Assembly (NCBI RefSeq): GCF_905196875.1
Contig: NZ_CAJJWO010000003.1
Location: forward strand, 12,382-76,381
DNA length: 64,000 bases
Reading direction: 5' to 3'
From: an uncultured Parabacteroides sp.
GTDB lineage: Bacteria; Bacteroidota; Bacteroidia; Bacteroidales; Tannerellaceae
The notes beneath the pieces are model-generated. The model did not search any database. It worked only from the letters and a program-made list of their open reading frames with translations, and was not told the DNA's origin. A program made the position numbers and the translations under genes. Below are positions 46,380 to 55,803 of the stretch, piece by piece; position 1 is the stretch's first letter, and the number at the start of each line of letters is the position of its first letter.

Positions 46380-49300
46380 ATGAAAAAAAAATGTACAGGG
46401 GAGGATTGTGCCCTGTTATTAAGTGAATTTAAGCACATTATTAGAGTTATGAAGTTATCCTTAGTTTTTATACTATTGTGTATTTCAACAGTCTTCTCAG
46501 AGAATTTGAACTCTCAAACTGCACGTGTTAGCATTGATGCTAATATGTTGCAGACGAAGGATGTTATTAAACAAATAGAAGAACAAACAGATTATCTTTT
46601 TGTGTACAATCATGAAAAGGTCGATCTGAGTGGAAAGGTCTCATTGAAAGCCTGGAATAAGACGGTAGCCGAGGTTTTGAACAAGATATTTAGTAATTCA
46701 GATATCGTTTATGCCATCGAAGGGAGTAATATCCTTCTGATGAAAAAAAGTTCATCTCTCCAACAAGTAACAAAAAGCGTTAAGGGTGTTATTAAGGACC
46801 TGTTTGGTGAACCTGTTATCGGTGCGAATGTAATAGAGAAAGGGACAACGAACGGTACGGTAACAGACTTAAATGGACAGTATGTTCTTTCTCTTACAGG
46901 AAATAATGCCGTTTTACAATTCTCCTTTATTGGCTACAAGCCACAGGAAGTTCCTGTGACAGACAAAACAACAATAAACGTTGTTTTGTCTGAAGATTCT
47001 GAGCAGTTAGAAGAGATTGTGGTAACGGGTTATGGCGGTATGCAAAAACGTGCAACGCTGACCACAGCTATATCGAAATTAGATAATAAAGCTTTGGAAA
47101 ATGTTGCCGTTTCGAATGCTGCACAGGCTTTACAAGGGGGAGTGAGTGGTTTACGTGTCGTTAATACTTCCGGAAAACCGGGTGAGGCTCCGAATATAGT
47201 ATTGCGTGGTGGTGCTACGATAACTGGTGATCCTGCTTATAATCAGGCATTAGTGGTTGTAGATGGAGTCGTACGCTCTTTAAGTGATATAAATCCTGCC
47301 GATATAGAATCTGTACAGGTATTGAAAGATGCTGCATCGACTGCCATTTACGGAGCTCGTGCGAATAGTGGTGTTATACTGGTGACAACTAAAAGGGGTA
47401 AAGAAGGGAAAGCTACCGTTTCTTATAAATTTAAAGGAGGTATGAATTTTGCGCGTAAAGGATATGACTTTCTGAATGCGAAAGACTTCTTATATTACAA
47501 CCGTTTAGGGAATAAATATGCTAATGATGCAGGAGTATCCCGTACTTTACAGCAGGTGAACAATACTAACGGATATGGAACAAGTGCAGGTGATTTTTAT
47601 TCTGTTCATTATCTGACTGATGAGAATAAGCATCTTTTGAATGAAGGATGGCAACAAATGACAGACCCTTATGACGGAGAAGGTCAACTGATCTTTAAAG
47701 ATTATGGTGGGATTATGATGGATGCTGCTTTCAATGATCCTTCTTTTACACAGGACCATTATGTAAGTGTTACTGGAGGAAACGATAAATCAACATTCCT
47801 TACTTCTTTTGGTTATTATGATGAACAAGGACAGGTAGTAGGGACTTCTTATCAACGGTTTACAGGGAATGTGAATGGCTCATATAAGGTTCGTGATAAT
47901 ATAAAAATCAATGCGGGAGCAACTTATTCATTTTCTAAAAAACCGAATATGTGGATCAGTGAAGCACAGTTGTTTTATCGTACAATGAGTTCCTGGCCAA
48001 CTTATAATCCGTTTACTGAAGCTGGTGAACCTACATCAGGTATTGGTTCCTCCGATGGTAATCCTCTCTATTGGAAAGATAAACTGCAACGCCTCAATAA
48101 TATAAGAAAAACGACTTTCAATATCGGAGGTTCCTGGGAAATAATTCCTGGTTTGACTTTGAATGAAAATAGTTCGATCTATTATATAGATAACGAGCAG
48201 GAAGATTTTGATAAGCAGTATCAGACACAAAATAATTCCAATCCAAATAGTACCCGTGCTGCACGTGCTATGTATGAACGTCAGTTCCAACAGCAGCATA
48301 GTGCCACTCTTACCTATGCAAAAACATTTGCAGAAAAGCATCAGTTGGATGCAATGGTAGGGGGAGAATATTTTGATTACGACCGTTTCAAGATGGAAGA
48401 GAAAGGAAATAAAGCACCCAGTGATGATATACCGACATTGAATGCTTCCAGTGATAAGGTATCTGTTTATTCCTATAAGGATGGCTATCGGATGTTATCC
48501 GGATTTGCACGAGTGAATTATAATTATGATTATCGATATCTGTTTTCTGTTGTTGCCCGTTATGATGGTATTTCTAAGTTAAGTGACAACCGTTGGGGCT
48601 TTTTCCCTGGAGTATCTGCCGGTTGGAATATGCATGAAGAAGCATTTTTTAAAGATTCAAAATTGGCAAATGTGGTTTCGAATCTGAAGCCCAGAGTTAG
48701 TTATGGTGTAAATGGAAATGTTGCTGGCCTCGGTAATTATGAGGTTTATGGGGAATATAATACAATTAATAATTCATCGGGTATTCCTATTCCTTATGAT
48801 GGAAAGGTTGGTTTCCTGAATACTAAATTGGTGAATAATAATTTGCGTTGGGAAAAAAGTAATTCATTTGAAGTCGGTTTGGATGTCGGATTTTTCCAGA
48901 ACCGGATCAATTTGATTATGGATTACTACAACCGTACGACAAGTGATTTGCTAACCGATCTGAATTTGCCGGGTTATACCGGATTCGGTAGTATACGTAC
49001 GAACTTAGGAAGTTTACGTAATCAAGGATTTGAAGTAGAGGCAAAGTTCAATATATTGACTGACCAGAAAGGGTTTAGTTGGGATTTATCAGCCAATGCT
49101 TCTTTCGTAAAGAATAAGATTATTAAATTACCTTATAACGGAAATGAGAATAACCGTCAGGGAGGTATGGAGGTTTATGATCCTGCAACAGGCAAAAATG
49201 TCTGGGTGGGAGGATACCAGGAAGGCAAGACTTTAGGAGATGTATATGCATATAAACAAGAACGCATCTTTCGTGACTGGGATGATGTAAAAAATAATGC

Positions 49301-50009
49301 CGGTGATCGTTATGATGCAATTGCAGAGCTTTACGGTCCCAATAAATGGGCACAGATGAGTGATAAGGAAAAAATCGGGAAGAAACCAATTGAACCAGGT
49401 GATGTTATGTGGGCCGATTTGAATGGGGATGGTGTTATTAATGAATTGGATCGTGTGAAGATTGGTAATGTGTTACCCAAATGGACCGGCGGTTTCTCAA
49501 CAACTGTGTCTTATAAGGATATTTCTTTATTTGCCCGTTTCGATTATTCGTTGGGACATATCTTGTATAATGACTTAAAAGCTCGTTCGTTGGGACAGTA
49601 TCAGGGATCATTCAATATTATTACGGATGTGAAAGATAGTTGGTCACCGGAAAATCCGAATTCAGATCTTCCGAAGTTCTACTATGCGGATCAGCTGGTT
49701 AAGAAGAATATAACGCGTTCTAATAATGCAAATCCTAATATTAATAATAATAACTCAAGTTTTTATGAAAAGGGTGATTATCTGGCGTTAAGAGAGATCA
49801 CTCTGAGTTATCGCTTACCGAGGCGAATTATTGAAAAAGCAACGTTGAGTGATGCATCAATATATATTACCGGTCAGAACCTTTTCTACATAACCGGTTA
49901 TGAAGGGATGTCTCCTGAACCAGCCATCAAAAAGGATAATGCGGGTGTAGATGAGGGTAGATATCCTATGCCTCGTACAATCTTGCTGGGGGTATCAGTC
50001 TCATTTTGA
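46380..50009 (+). CDS. SusC-family TonB-dependent transducer with N-terminal STN extension; probable NanO-like
   Basis: 1209 aa; STN region (IEEQTDYLFVY), VLKDAASTAIYGARANSGVILVTTK, C-terminal Phe; adjacent to a NanU-like SusD. Confidence 0.9.
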   Translation: MKKKCTGEDCALLLSEFKHIIRVMKLSLVFILLCISTVFSENLNSQTARVSIDANMLQTKDVIKQIEEQTDYLFVYNHEKVDLSGKVSLKAWNKTVAEVLNKIFSNSDIVYAIEGSNILLMKKSSSLQQVTKSVKGVIKDLFGEPVIGANVIEKGTTNGTVTDLNGQYVLSLTGNNAVLQFSFIGYKPQEVPVTDKTTINVVLSEDSEQLEEIVVTGYGGMQKRATLTTAISKLDNKALENVAVSNAAQALQGGVSGLRVVNTSGKPGEAPNIVLRGGATITGDPAYNQALVVVDGVVRSLSDINPADIESVQVLKDAASTAIYGARANSGVILVTTKRGKEGKATVSYKFKGGMNFARKGYDFLNAKDFLYYNRLGNKYANDAGVSRTLQQVNNTNGYGTSAGDFYSVHYLTDENKHLLNEGWQQMTDPYDGEGQLIFKDYGGIMMDAAFNDPSFTQDHYVSVTGGNDKSTFLTSFGYYDEQGQVVGTSYQRFTGNVNGSYKVRDNIKINAGATYSFSKKPNMWISEAQLFYRTMSSWPTYNPFTEAGEPTSGIGSSDGNPLYWKDKLQRLNNIRKTTFNIGGSWEIIPGLTLNENSSIYYIDNEQEDFDKQYQTQNNSNPNSTRAARAMYERQFQQQHSATLTYAKTFAEKHQLDAMVGGEYFDYDRFKMEEKGNKAPSDDIPTLNASSDKVSVYSYKDGYRMLSGFARVNYNYDYRYLFSVVARYDGISKLSDNRWGFFPGVSAGWNMHEEAFFKDSKLANVVSNLKPRVSYGVNGNVAGLGNYEVYGEYNTINNSSGIPIPYDGKVGFLNTKLVNNNLRWEKSNSFEVGLDVGFFQNRINLIMDYYNRTTSDLLTDLNLPGYTGFGSIRTNLGSLRNQGFEVEAKFNILTDQKGFSWDLSANASFVKNKIIKLPYNGNENNRQGGMEVYDPATGKNVWVGGYQEGKTLGDVYAYKQERIFRDWDDVKNNAGDRYDAIAELYGPNKWAQMSDKEKIGKKPIEPGDVMWADLNGDGVINELDRVKIGNVLPKWTGGFSTTVSYKDISLFARFDYSLGHILYNDLKARSLGQYQGSFNIITDVKDSWSPENPNSDLPKFYYADQLVKKNITRSNNANPNINNNNSSFYEKGDYLALREITLSYRLPRRIIEKATLSDASIYITGQNLFYITGYEGMSPEPAIKKDNAGVDEGRYPMPRTILLGVSVSF

Positions 50010-50047
50010 TGTATGTTGAAATTGTATAATTATAAATAAAGACTCAG

Positions 50048-51586
50048 ATGAAAAAAATAGCAATATCTTTTATATTTGTTACCTCTTTACTCTCATTAGG
50101 GGGATGTACATCTTTGGATGTAACGCCGGTAAGTTCTATTACCGATAATAATTATTGGAAAACTCCAGATCATTTTGAAGCATTTATGAATGGTCTGCAT
50201 ACTCGTTTTAGAGAAGGTTCATTCAATTATTTCTTATTAGGGGAAGCTCGTAGTGATGTATTCGGTGATCAGCCGTTTGGTGGAGAAGCCTCACAGGGAA
50301 TGGAACGTTTACCTTATAATACGCTGAATGAAGAAAATCCTATTATTTCTAATTATGGTAAGTTTTATGAGAATATCAATCAGTTAAACCTGATGATTTA
50401 TAAAATACTTAATACGGATAAGCTGACAGAAGCCGCCGGTAATTACTATTTGGGACAGGCCTACGGTATGCGTGCTTATTATTATTTCCATTTACTGCGT
50501 AGTTGGGGAGATGTCATAATAACGACAGAGCCTACAGGAGAGTTGGATTGGTCGAATCTGGCAAAAGCGGCTTCGCCGGCAGAAGATGTCATGAAGTTTA
50601 TTAAAAATGATATTGATGAATCGGTAAAAAGCTTTGGCTCTGATTATACGATTAAAGGTCGTAAAGCTTTTTGGTCAAAGGCTGCCACATTGATGTTGAA
50701 AGGTGAAGTATATCTTTGGTCGGCTAAGCAAATGGGAGGCGGAACCGGTGATGCCAACATAGCCAAAGCTGCTTTGACTGATATTCAGCAGAATGTTCCT
50801 GATTTGGGCTTAATGGAAAACTACAAAGATGTTTTTGCTTATACCCAGAAGGGAAATAAGGAAATTATCTTTGCTATGCGTAGTGAATTGAAAGAGTTTG
50901 ATATGTGGAATGGCTCCTTTAGTGGAAATCTACTTCCTTATGCGGCAACTTTGGCTACTTATTATGATGCCTCTACAGGAGAGAAGTTTGATATATCTAA
51001 AGAAAATTTGTCCGGATTAATGCGTTTAGGTATCAAGAAAACCAATTTAGCACGTTTTGATGATAAAGATAGTCGTAAACGGGTCAGTTTGAATGGTGCT
51101 TATAATAAACTGGAAGATGGTTCTTTGGATCTTATAGGAGTTTACTGCTATAAATACCAGGGAACACAAGATGCAGGTAGCACACGTTCTAATGTCGATG
51201 ATTATCCGATTTATCGATATGCAGATCTTTTGCTTTTATTGGCAGAAGCAAAAGTAATGTTGGGAGAGAATCCTGCAGATGAAATTAACCAGATAAGACG
51301 GCGGGCTTATGGTGAAAATTATGATGAAGCGACTATCGGCTTTCCGAACCAGGCAATAGATAAGGATGTCAATGAGGCTTTATTGGAAGAGCGTTTTAAA
51401 GAATTTTTGATAGAAGGGAAACGTTGGTATGATCTAAGACGCTTTGGTAGCGAATATATTTTCAAATATACGCTGGCTGAATCCGGTAATGAGAAAAAGT
51501 TGTTATGGCCGATAGATAAAACTACTTTGACCAATAATACGGCTTTGAAGCAGACTCCGGGATATGAAACCTCTGGTAGCAAATAA
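50048..51586 (+). CDS. SusD-family lipoprotein, NanU-like (sialic-acid binding subfamily)
   Basis: Lipobox GGC. PFGGEASQGMERLPYNT, AYGMRAYYYFHLLRSWGDV, DDYPIYRYAD and LLWPIDKTTLTNNTALKQTPGYE match recalled Bacteroides NanU sequence. Confidence 0.8.
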   Translation: MKKIAISFIFVTSLLSLGGCTSLDVTPVSSITDNNYWKTPDHFEAFMNGLHTRFREGSFNYFLLGEARSDVFGDQPFGGEASQGMERLPYNTLNEENPIISNYGKFYENINQLNLMIYKILNTDKLTEAAGNYYLGQAYGMRAYYYFHLLRSWGDVIITTEPTGELDWSNLAKAASPAEDVMKFIKNDIDESVKSFGSDYTIKGRKAFWSKAATLMLKGEVYLWSAKQMGGGTGDANIAKAALTDIQQNVPDLGLMENYKDVFAYTQKGNKEIIFAMRSELKEFDMWNGSFSGNLLPYAATLATYYDASTGEKFDISKENLSGLMRLGIKKTNLARFDDKDSRKRVSLNGAYNKLEDGSLDLIGVYCYKYQGTQDAGSTRSNVDDYPIYRYADLLLLLAEAKVMLGENPADEINQIRRRAYGENYDEATIGFPNQAIDKDVNEALLEERFKEFLIEGKRWYDLRRFGSEYIFKYTLAESGNEKKLLWPIDKTTLTNNTALKQTPGYETSGSK

Positions 51587-51612
51587 TTTAGTGATAAGTG
51601 TAATTGATTTAT

Positions 51613-51650
51613 AAAATTAGGGATGTCTGTACAGGCATCCCTGAATTTTC
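51613..51650 (+). terminator. Hairpin between susD and the fucosidase gene
   Basis: AGGGATGTCTGT/ACAGGCATCCCT palindrome flanked by AAAATT...AATTTT. Confidence 0.55.
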
Positions 51651-51676
51651 TATTCAAGTTTTTAAGAAGATTATCT

Positions 51677-53176
51677 ATGTATAGATTTATAAAGAAAATA
51701 AGGCGGATTGGTTTTTCCATCGTCTTTGGTTTGACGACAATTACTGCTTTTACTCAACAAAGTTATAAGCCGGATTGGAGTTCTATTGATAGTAGGCCTG
51801 TCCCTGCTTGGTTTGAAGATGCTAAACTGGGGATTTTTATACACTGGGGATTATATTCTGTGCCTGCCTGGTCGCCTAAAGGTACTTATTCGGAATGGTA
51901 CAAATATTGGCTGGATAACAAAAAGTTATTCGGAAACGGGGATTTTACGGGTACTGAAATATATGACTACCATGTAAAGACATATGGTAAAGATTTTACG
52001 TATGCCGACTTTGCCCCAATGTTTAAAGCTCAGGATTATAATGCCGATGAATGGGCCGAACTGTTTGAGAAGGCCGGAGCTAAATATGCCGTGTTGACTA
52101 CAAAACATCATGACGGATTCGCTTTATGGCCTAATAAAGAAGCCTCCCGCGACTATGGAAGGCCTTGGAACAGTATGGAGATTGGAGCGAAAAGAGACTT
52201 AGTCGGAGAATATGTCGAAGCTCTTAGAAAAACCGACATTAAAGTTGGTTGTTATTTTTCCTGCCGGGAGTGGGATAATCCTTTGTATTACCCTGAAACA
52301 ATGGATATTTTTGTCGACCGGCATTTCTATCCGCAATTGAAGGATTTGATAAATCGTTACCAGCCGGATCTTTTGTGGTCTGACGGCCCCGACGATATTA
52401 GCGATACTATTTGGAAAACAAAAGAGTTTTTATCCTGGTTGTATTCCGAATCTATCGTGAAAGACAGCATCGTAGTCAATGACAGATGGGCTAAGTTCTC
52501 GGATGGCAAAAAGCATGGCGATTATTATACGCGCGAATACAGTGCCAATGACGCCGTGTTCGACAAGCCTTGGGAAGAATGTCGTGGCATGGGTTTCTCG
52601 TTTGGATATAATCAGAATGAGGATTTATCCGATTATTCAACCCCTCAGGCATTGGTGCTGACTTTGGTCAATATTGTAAGTAAGGGAGGTAATTTACTTC
52701 TGGATATCGGACCGACTGCCAATGGAAAAATTCCTCCGATTATGCAGGAACGTTTGCTACAGATGGGAGATTGGCTACAGGTAAACGGAGAAGCTATTTA
52801 TGGAACACGCAGATGGAGAAAGACAACTCAATGGTCTGATGGAGACAGAAGCTGGAAATATAAAGGAAAGTATTATGTAAGCGGAAATGCGATACTCAAA
52901 CAAACAGTTGATCCTGATCCGGGTTATGCCGTACAGGAGGTCTTCTTTACATCAAAAGATAAGAATGTATATGCTATTTTGCCCAAATATTCCCAACAGA
53001 TCCTTTTGAAGGATATCCATACTACATCTAAAACAAAAATATCTTTGCTGGGCTGTGACAAGGAAGTAAAATGGACAAAAAAAAGCAATGATATTCAAAT
53101 AACAATGCCATCATTAACTTTCGACGAGCTTCCGTGTAATTATGCATGGACTCTTAAGCTGGAAGCTGTAAAGTAA
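51677..53176 (+). CDS. GH29 alpha-L-fucosidase
   Basis: PAWFEDAKLGIFIHWGLYSVP, LTTKHHDGF, LLWSDG nucleophile, VNDRW, WEECRG, GGNLLLDIGP. ATG at 51677 preferred. Confidence 0.93.
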   Translation: MYRFIKKIRRIGFSIVFGLTTITAFTQQSYKPDWSSIDSRPVPAWFEDAKLGIFIHWGLYSVPAWSPKGTYSEWYKYWLDNKKLFGNGDFTGTEIYDYHVKTYGKDFTYADFAPMFKAQDYNADEWAELFEKAGAKYAVLTTKHHDGFALWPNKEASRDYGRPWNSMEIGAKRDLVGEYVEALRKTDIKVGCYFSCREWDNPLYYPETMDIFVDRHFYPQLKDLINRYQPDLLWSDGPDDISDTIWKTKEFLSWLYSESIVKDSIVVNDRWAKFSDGKKHGDYYTREYSANDAVFDKPWEECRGMGFSFGYNQNEDLSDYSTPQALVLTLVNIVSKGGNLLLDIGPTANGKIPPIMQERLLQMGDWLQVNGEAIYGTRRWRKTTQWSDGDRSWKYKGKYYVSGNAILKQTVDPDPGYAVQEVFFTSKDKNVYAILPKYSQQILLKDIHTTSKTKISLLGCDKEVKWTKKSNDIQITMPSLTFDELPCNYAWTLKLEAVK

Positions 53177-53194
53177 TATAAAGAATAAAAGAAT

Positions 53195-53248
53195 GTGTGC
53201 CCTATTTTAGAAATTATTTTGCTTCAAAAGTAGGGCACACCTTTTTTC
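53195..53248. terminator. Bidirectional terminator between the fucosidase gene and nadB
   Basis: GTGTGCCCTATTTT...AAAAGTAGGGCACAC followed by a T run; A-rich on the other side. Confidence 0.8.
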
Positions 53249-53249
53249 T

Positions 53250-54818
53250 TTATTTCTTTACCGGCGGATAATCCAGCGTATAATGTAATCCCCGGCTTTC
53301 TTTCCGTTCTATCGCCTGTCGCATGATCAGATAACCGACATTAATCATATTACGCAGCTCACAAATATCTTTGGAGGCAACCGAGCGTTTGAACAAACTT
53401 TCCGTTTCTTCGTAGATGATGTCCAGGCGATCCCAGGCACGTTTCAGACGCAGGTCGGAACGGACGATACCTACATACGTACTCATAATCTGGCCGACTT
53501 CTTTGACACTTTGGGTAATCAATACCATTTCTTCCAGGGAGGTTGTGCCTTCGTCGTTCCATTCAGGTATGTTTTCCTGGTAATCCAGCGAATCGATAAT
53601 GCTCAGGCTATGTTTGGCAGCTGCATCGGCATAAACAACCGCTTCGATCAGCGAGTTGGAAGCCAGGCGGTTGCCACCATGTAAACCGGTGCAGGAACAT
53701 TCGCCGACGGCGTACAAACGGTCGATAGACGAACGGGCGTCGAGGTCGACCTGGATACCTCCGCAAAGATAATGGGCGGCCGGAGCTACCGGTATATAAT
53801 CTTTTGTAATATCGATACCCAGACTCAGGCATTTCTCGTAGATGTTCGGGAAATGTTTTTTTGTTTCCTCCGGATCTTTATGCGTAACATCCAGATAAAC
53901 ATGATCGTCGCCGCGGGTATCCATTTCGTTCTTAATAGCACGTGCCACGATATCGCGCGGAGCCAGCGAGAGACGTTTGTCATATTTCTGCATAAATTCC
54001 TTGCCGTCTTTCGTGCGAAGCACGCCACCATAACCGCGCATTGCTTCGGTGATCAGGAAAGACGGACGATCGCCCGGATGATATAATGCGGTGGGATGAA
54101 ACTGTACGAACTCCATGTCTTTTACCGTCCCTTTGGCACGGTAAACCATCGCAATACCGTCGCCGGTAGCTACCAGCGGATTGGTGGTTGTCTGGTAAAC
54201 GGCGCCGACACCTCCTGTTGCAATCAGCGTAACCTTTGACAGGAATGTATCGATTCGTCCGTTCGGCTCCATGATATATGCGCCGTAACATTCGATGTCA
54301 GGCGTCTGGCGGGTAACGGTCACCCCCAGATGGTGCTGTGTCAGTATTTCGATGGCGAAATGATTCTCAAATACAGTGATGTTAGGGTGCTTTTGGATAG
54401 CCTGAATCAGACTGTCTTGTATTTCGGCACCTGTGTTGTCTTTATGATGCAGAATGCGGAATTCGGAATGACCTCCTTCGCGATGCAGGTCGAAGTTCCC
54501 TTTCTCATCCTTATCGAAGTCTACACCCCAGCTGATCAGTTCTTTAATTTGTTGAGGGGCGTCGCGCACTACTTTTTCTACTGCGCCGCGGTCGCTGAGC
54601 CAGTCGCCCGCTATCATTGTATCTTCAATATGCTTGTCGAAGTTGTCAACGATCAGGTTTGTTACCGAGGCGATACCTCCTTGTGCAAAATAAGTGTTGG
54701 CTTCTTCCAGATTAGTTTTGCATACCAGGGCTACTTTTCCTTTATTGGCTACTTTTAGAGCGAAACTCATTCCTGCAATACCGGAACCTATCACTAAGAA
54801 ATCGAATCTTTGTACCAT
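53250..54818 (-). CDS. nadB: L-aspartate oxidase
   Basis: GSGIAG FAD motif, AQGGIA, REGGHS, QFHPT, LAPRDIVAR, AHYLCGG, HGGNRLASNSL, ESRGLH; -7 element TAACTTTG at 54841-54848. Confidence 0.96.
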   Translation of the reverse strand: MVQRFDFLVIGSGIAGMSFALKVANKGKVALVCKTNLEEANTYFAQGGIASVTNLIVDNFDKHIEDTMIAGDWLSDRGAVEKVVRDAPQQIKELISWGVDFDKDEKGNFDLHREGGHSEFRILHHKDNTGAEIQDSLIQAIQKHPNITVFENHFAIEILTQHHLGVTVTRQTPDIECYGAYIMEPNGRIDTFLSKVTLIATGGVGAVYQTTTNPLVATGDGIAMVYRAKGTVKDMEFVQFHPTALYHPGDRPSFLITEAMRGYGGVLRTKDGKEFMQKYDKRLSLAPRDIVARAIKNEMDTRGDDHVYLDVTHKDPEETKKHFPNIYEKCLSLGIDITKDYIPVAPAAHYLCGGIQVDLDARSSIDRLYAVGECSCTGLHGGNRLASNSLIEAVVYADAAAKHSLSIIDSLDYQENIPEWNDEGTTSLEEMVLITQSVKEVGQIMSTYVGIVRSDLRLKRAWDRLDIIYEETESLFKRSVASKDICELRNMINVGYLIMRQAIERKESRGLHYTLDYPPVKK

Positions 54819-55019
54819 AAGACATTACTGTTTAGAGCGCCAAAGTTAGGAATTAACTTTTATGGTTGTACTATTCCCGGCTGCCTTTCGGTTAAAAAGT
54901 CCGGAAATACTTATTCTTTTGCTATTTTTAAAAGAAAAGCCATAAACATTCGAAGGCTTCCCCTGTTTTAACTACGCATTGGATATCCGGCTTATTATTA
55001 ATACTTAAACGTTATAAAA

Positions 55020-55715
55020 ATGAAATCTAAAGTTTTACTGTTAGCTTTAGCCTCTATGTTGGCAGGCGGGGCTATGGCACAAGATTGTACATTCTTTTTC
55101 CCTACGACAAAAGGTACTCAGCTGGTGAAAAAGAGTTATGATGGAAAAGGCAACCTGTCGGGCGTGATGACTTATGTGGTGGATGAAGTGGAAAACAACC
55201 AATCCGGTCTGGAAGTCGACGCTGCCTATGTATTCACCAATAATAGCGGAACAGTTATCGATAAAGGCGAGCTGGAAGCTTTTTGCCAGGATGGCGAATT
55301 CTTTATGGATATGAAAGAAGTCCTAACCAATCCGTCTTTTGTTTCTACAACCAATACCGCACTGGCTGCTACCGACGCTGTGATTAATTATCCGAGCGTA
55401 TCGAAAGGAGCTTCTTCCGGCGATGTCTATTTCGATGATGCAGTGATTAATATTTATTCGAAGAAAAATCGTAAAGATAGAAAGAACATCTCCATTTATG
55501 ATCGTGAGTATGTAACGACAGAAGAAGTTACGACTCCGGCCGGTACTTTCGACTGTACGAAAGTCAAATTCAAAATCAAATCACGTTCCCCGAAAGAAAC
55601 GATCGAAGGTTATGGATACGAATGGTATGCTCCTAATATCGGAGTGGTACGTACCGAGCAATACAATAATAATAATGTGTTGCAATCTTATTCTGTACTT
55701 GAAGAGGTAAAATAA
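55020..55715 (+). CDS. Secreted TapB-like/DUF3108-like protein
   Basis: Signal peptide; C-terminal EEVTTPAGTFDCTKV...EWYAPNIGVVRTEQY motif. Confidence 0.7.
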   Translation: MKSKVLLLALASMLAGGAMAQDCTFFFPTTKGTQLVKKSYDGKGNLSGVMTYVVDEVENNQSGLEVDAAYVFTNNSGTVIDKGELEAFCQDGEFFMDMKEVLTNPSFVSTTNTALAATDAVINYPSVSKGASSGDVYFDDAVINIYSKKNRKDRKNISIYDREYVTTEEVTTPAGTFDCTKVKFKIKSRSPKETIEGYGYEWYAPNIGVVRTEQYNNNNVLQSYSVLEEVK

Positions 55716-55759
55716 GTAAAATATATTCCTTTTTGGAATTGTTTGACCGGTTTAAGTGG

Positions 55760-55798
55760 ATACGCTGTTGCTGTGAAGCGGCGGCGTATTTTCTTTTC
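55760..55798 (+). terminator. Intrinsic terminator
   Basis: ATACGCTGTTGCT-GTGA-AGCGGCGGCGTAT (G:U pairs) followed by TTTCTTTT. Confidence 0.7.
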
Positions 55799-55803
55799 CC
55801 CTG

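Noticed and set aside
46383..46391. A9 homopolymer after the susC start as a phase-variation tract
   Set aside because: MKK(K) starts are routine in Bacteroidetes, the frame is intact, and there is no evidence of slippage.
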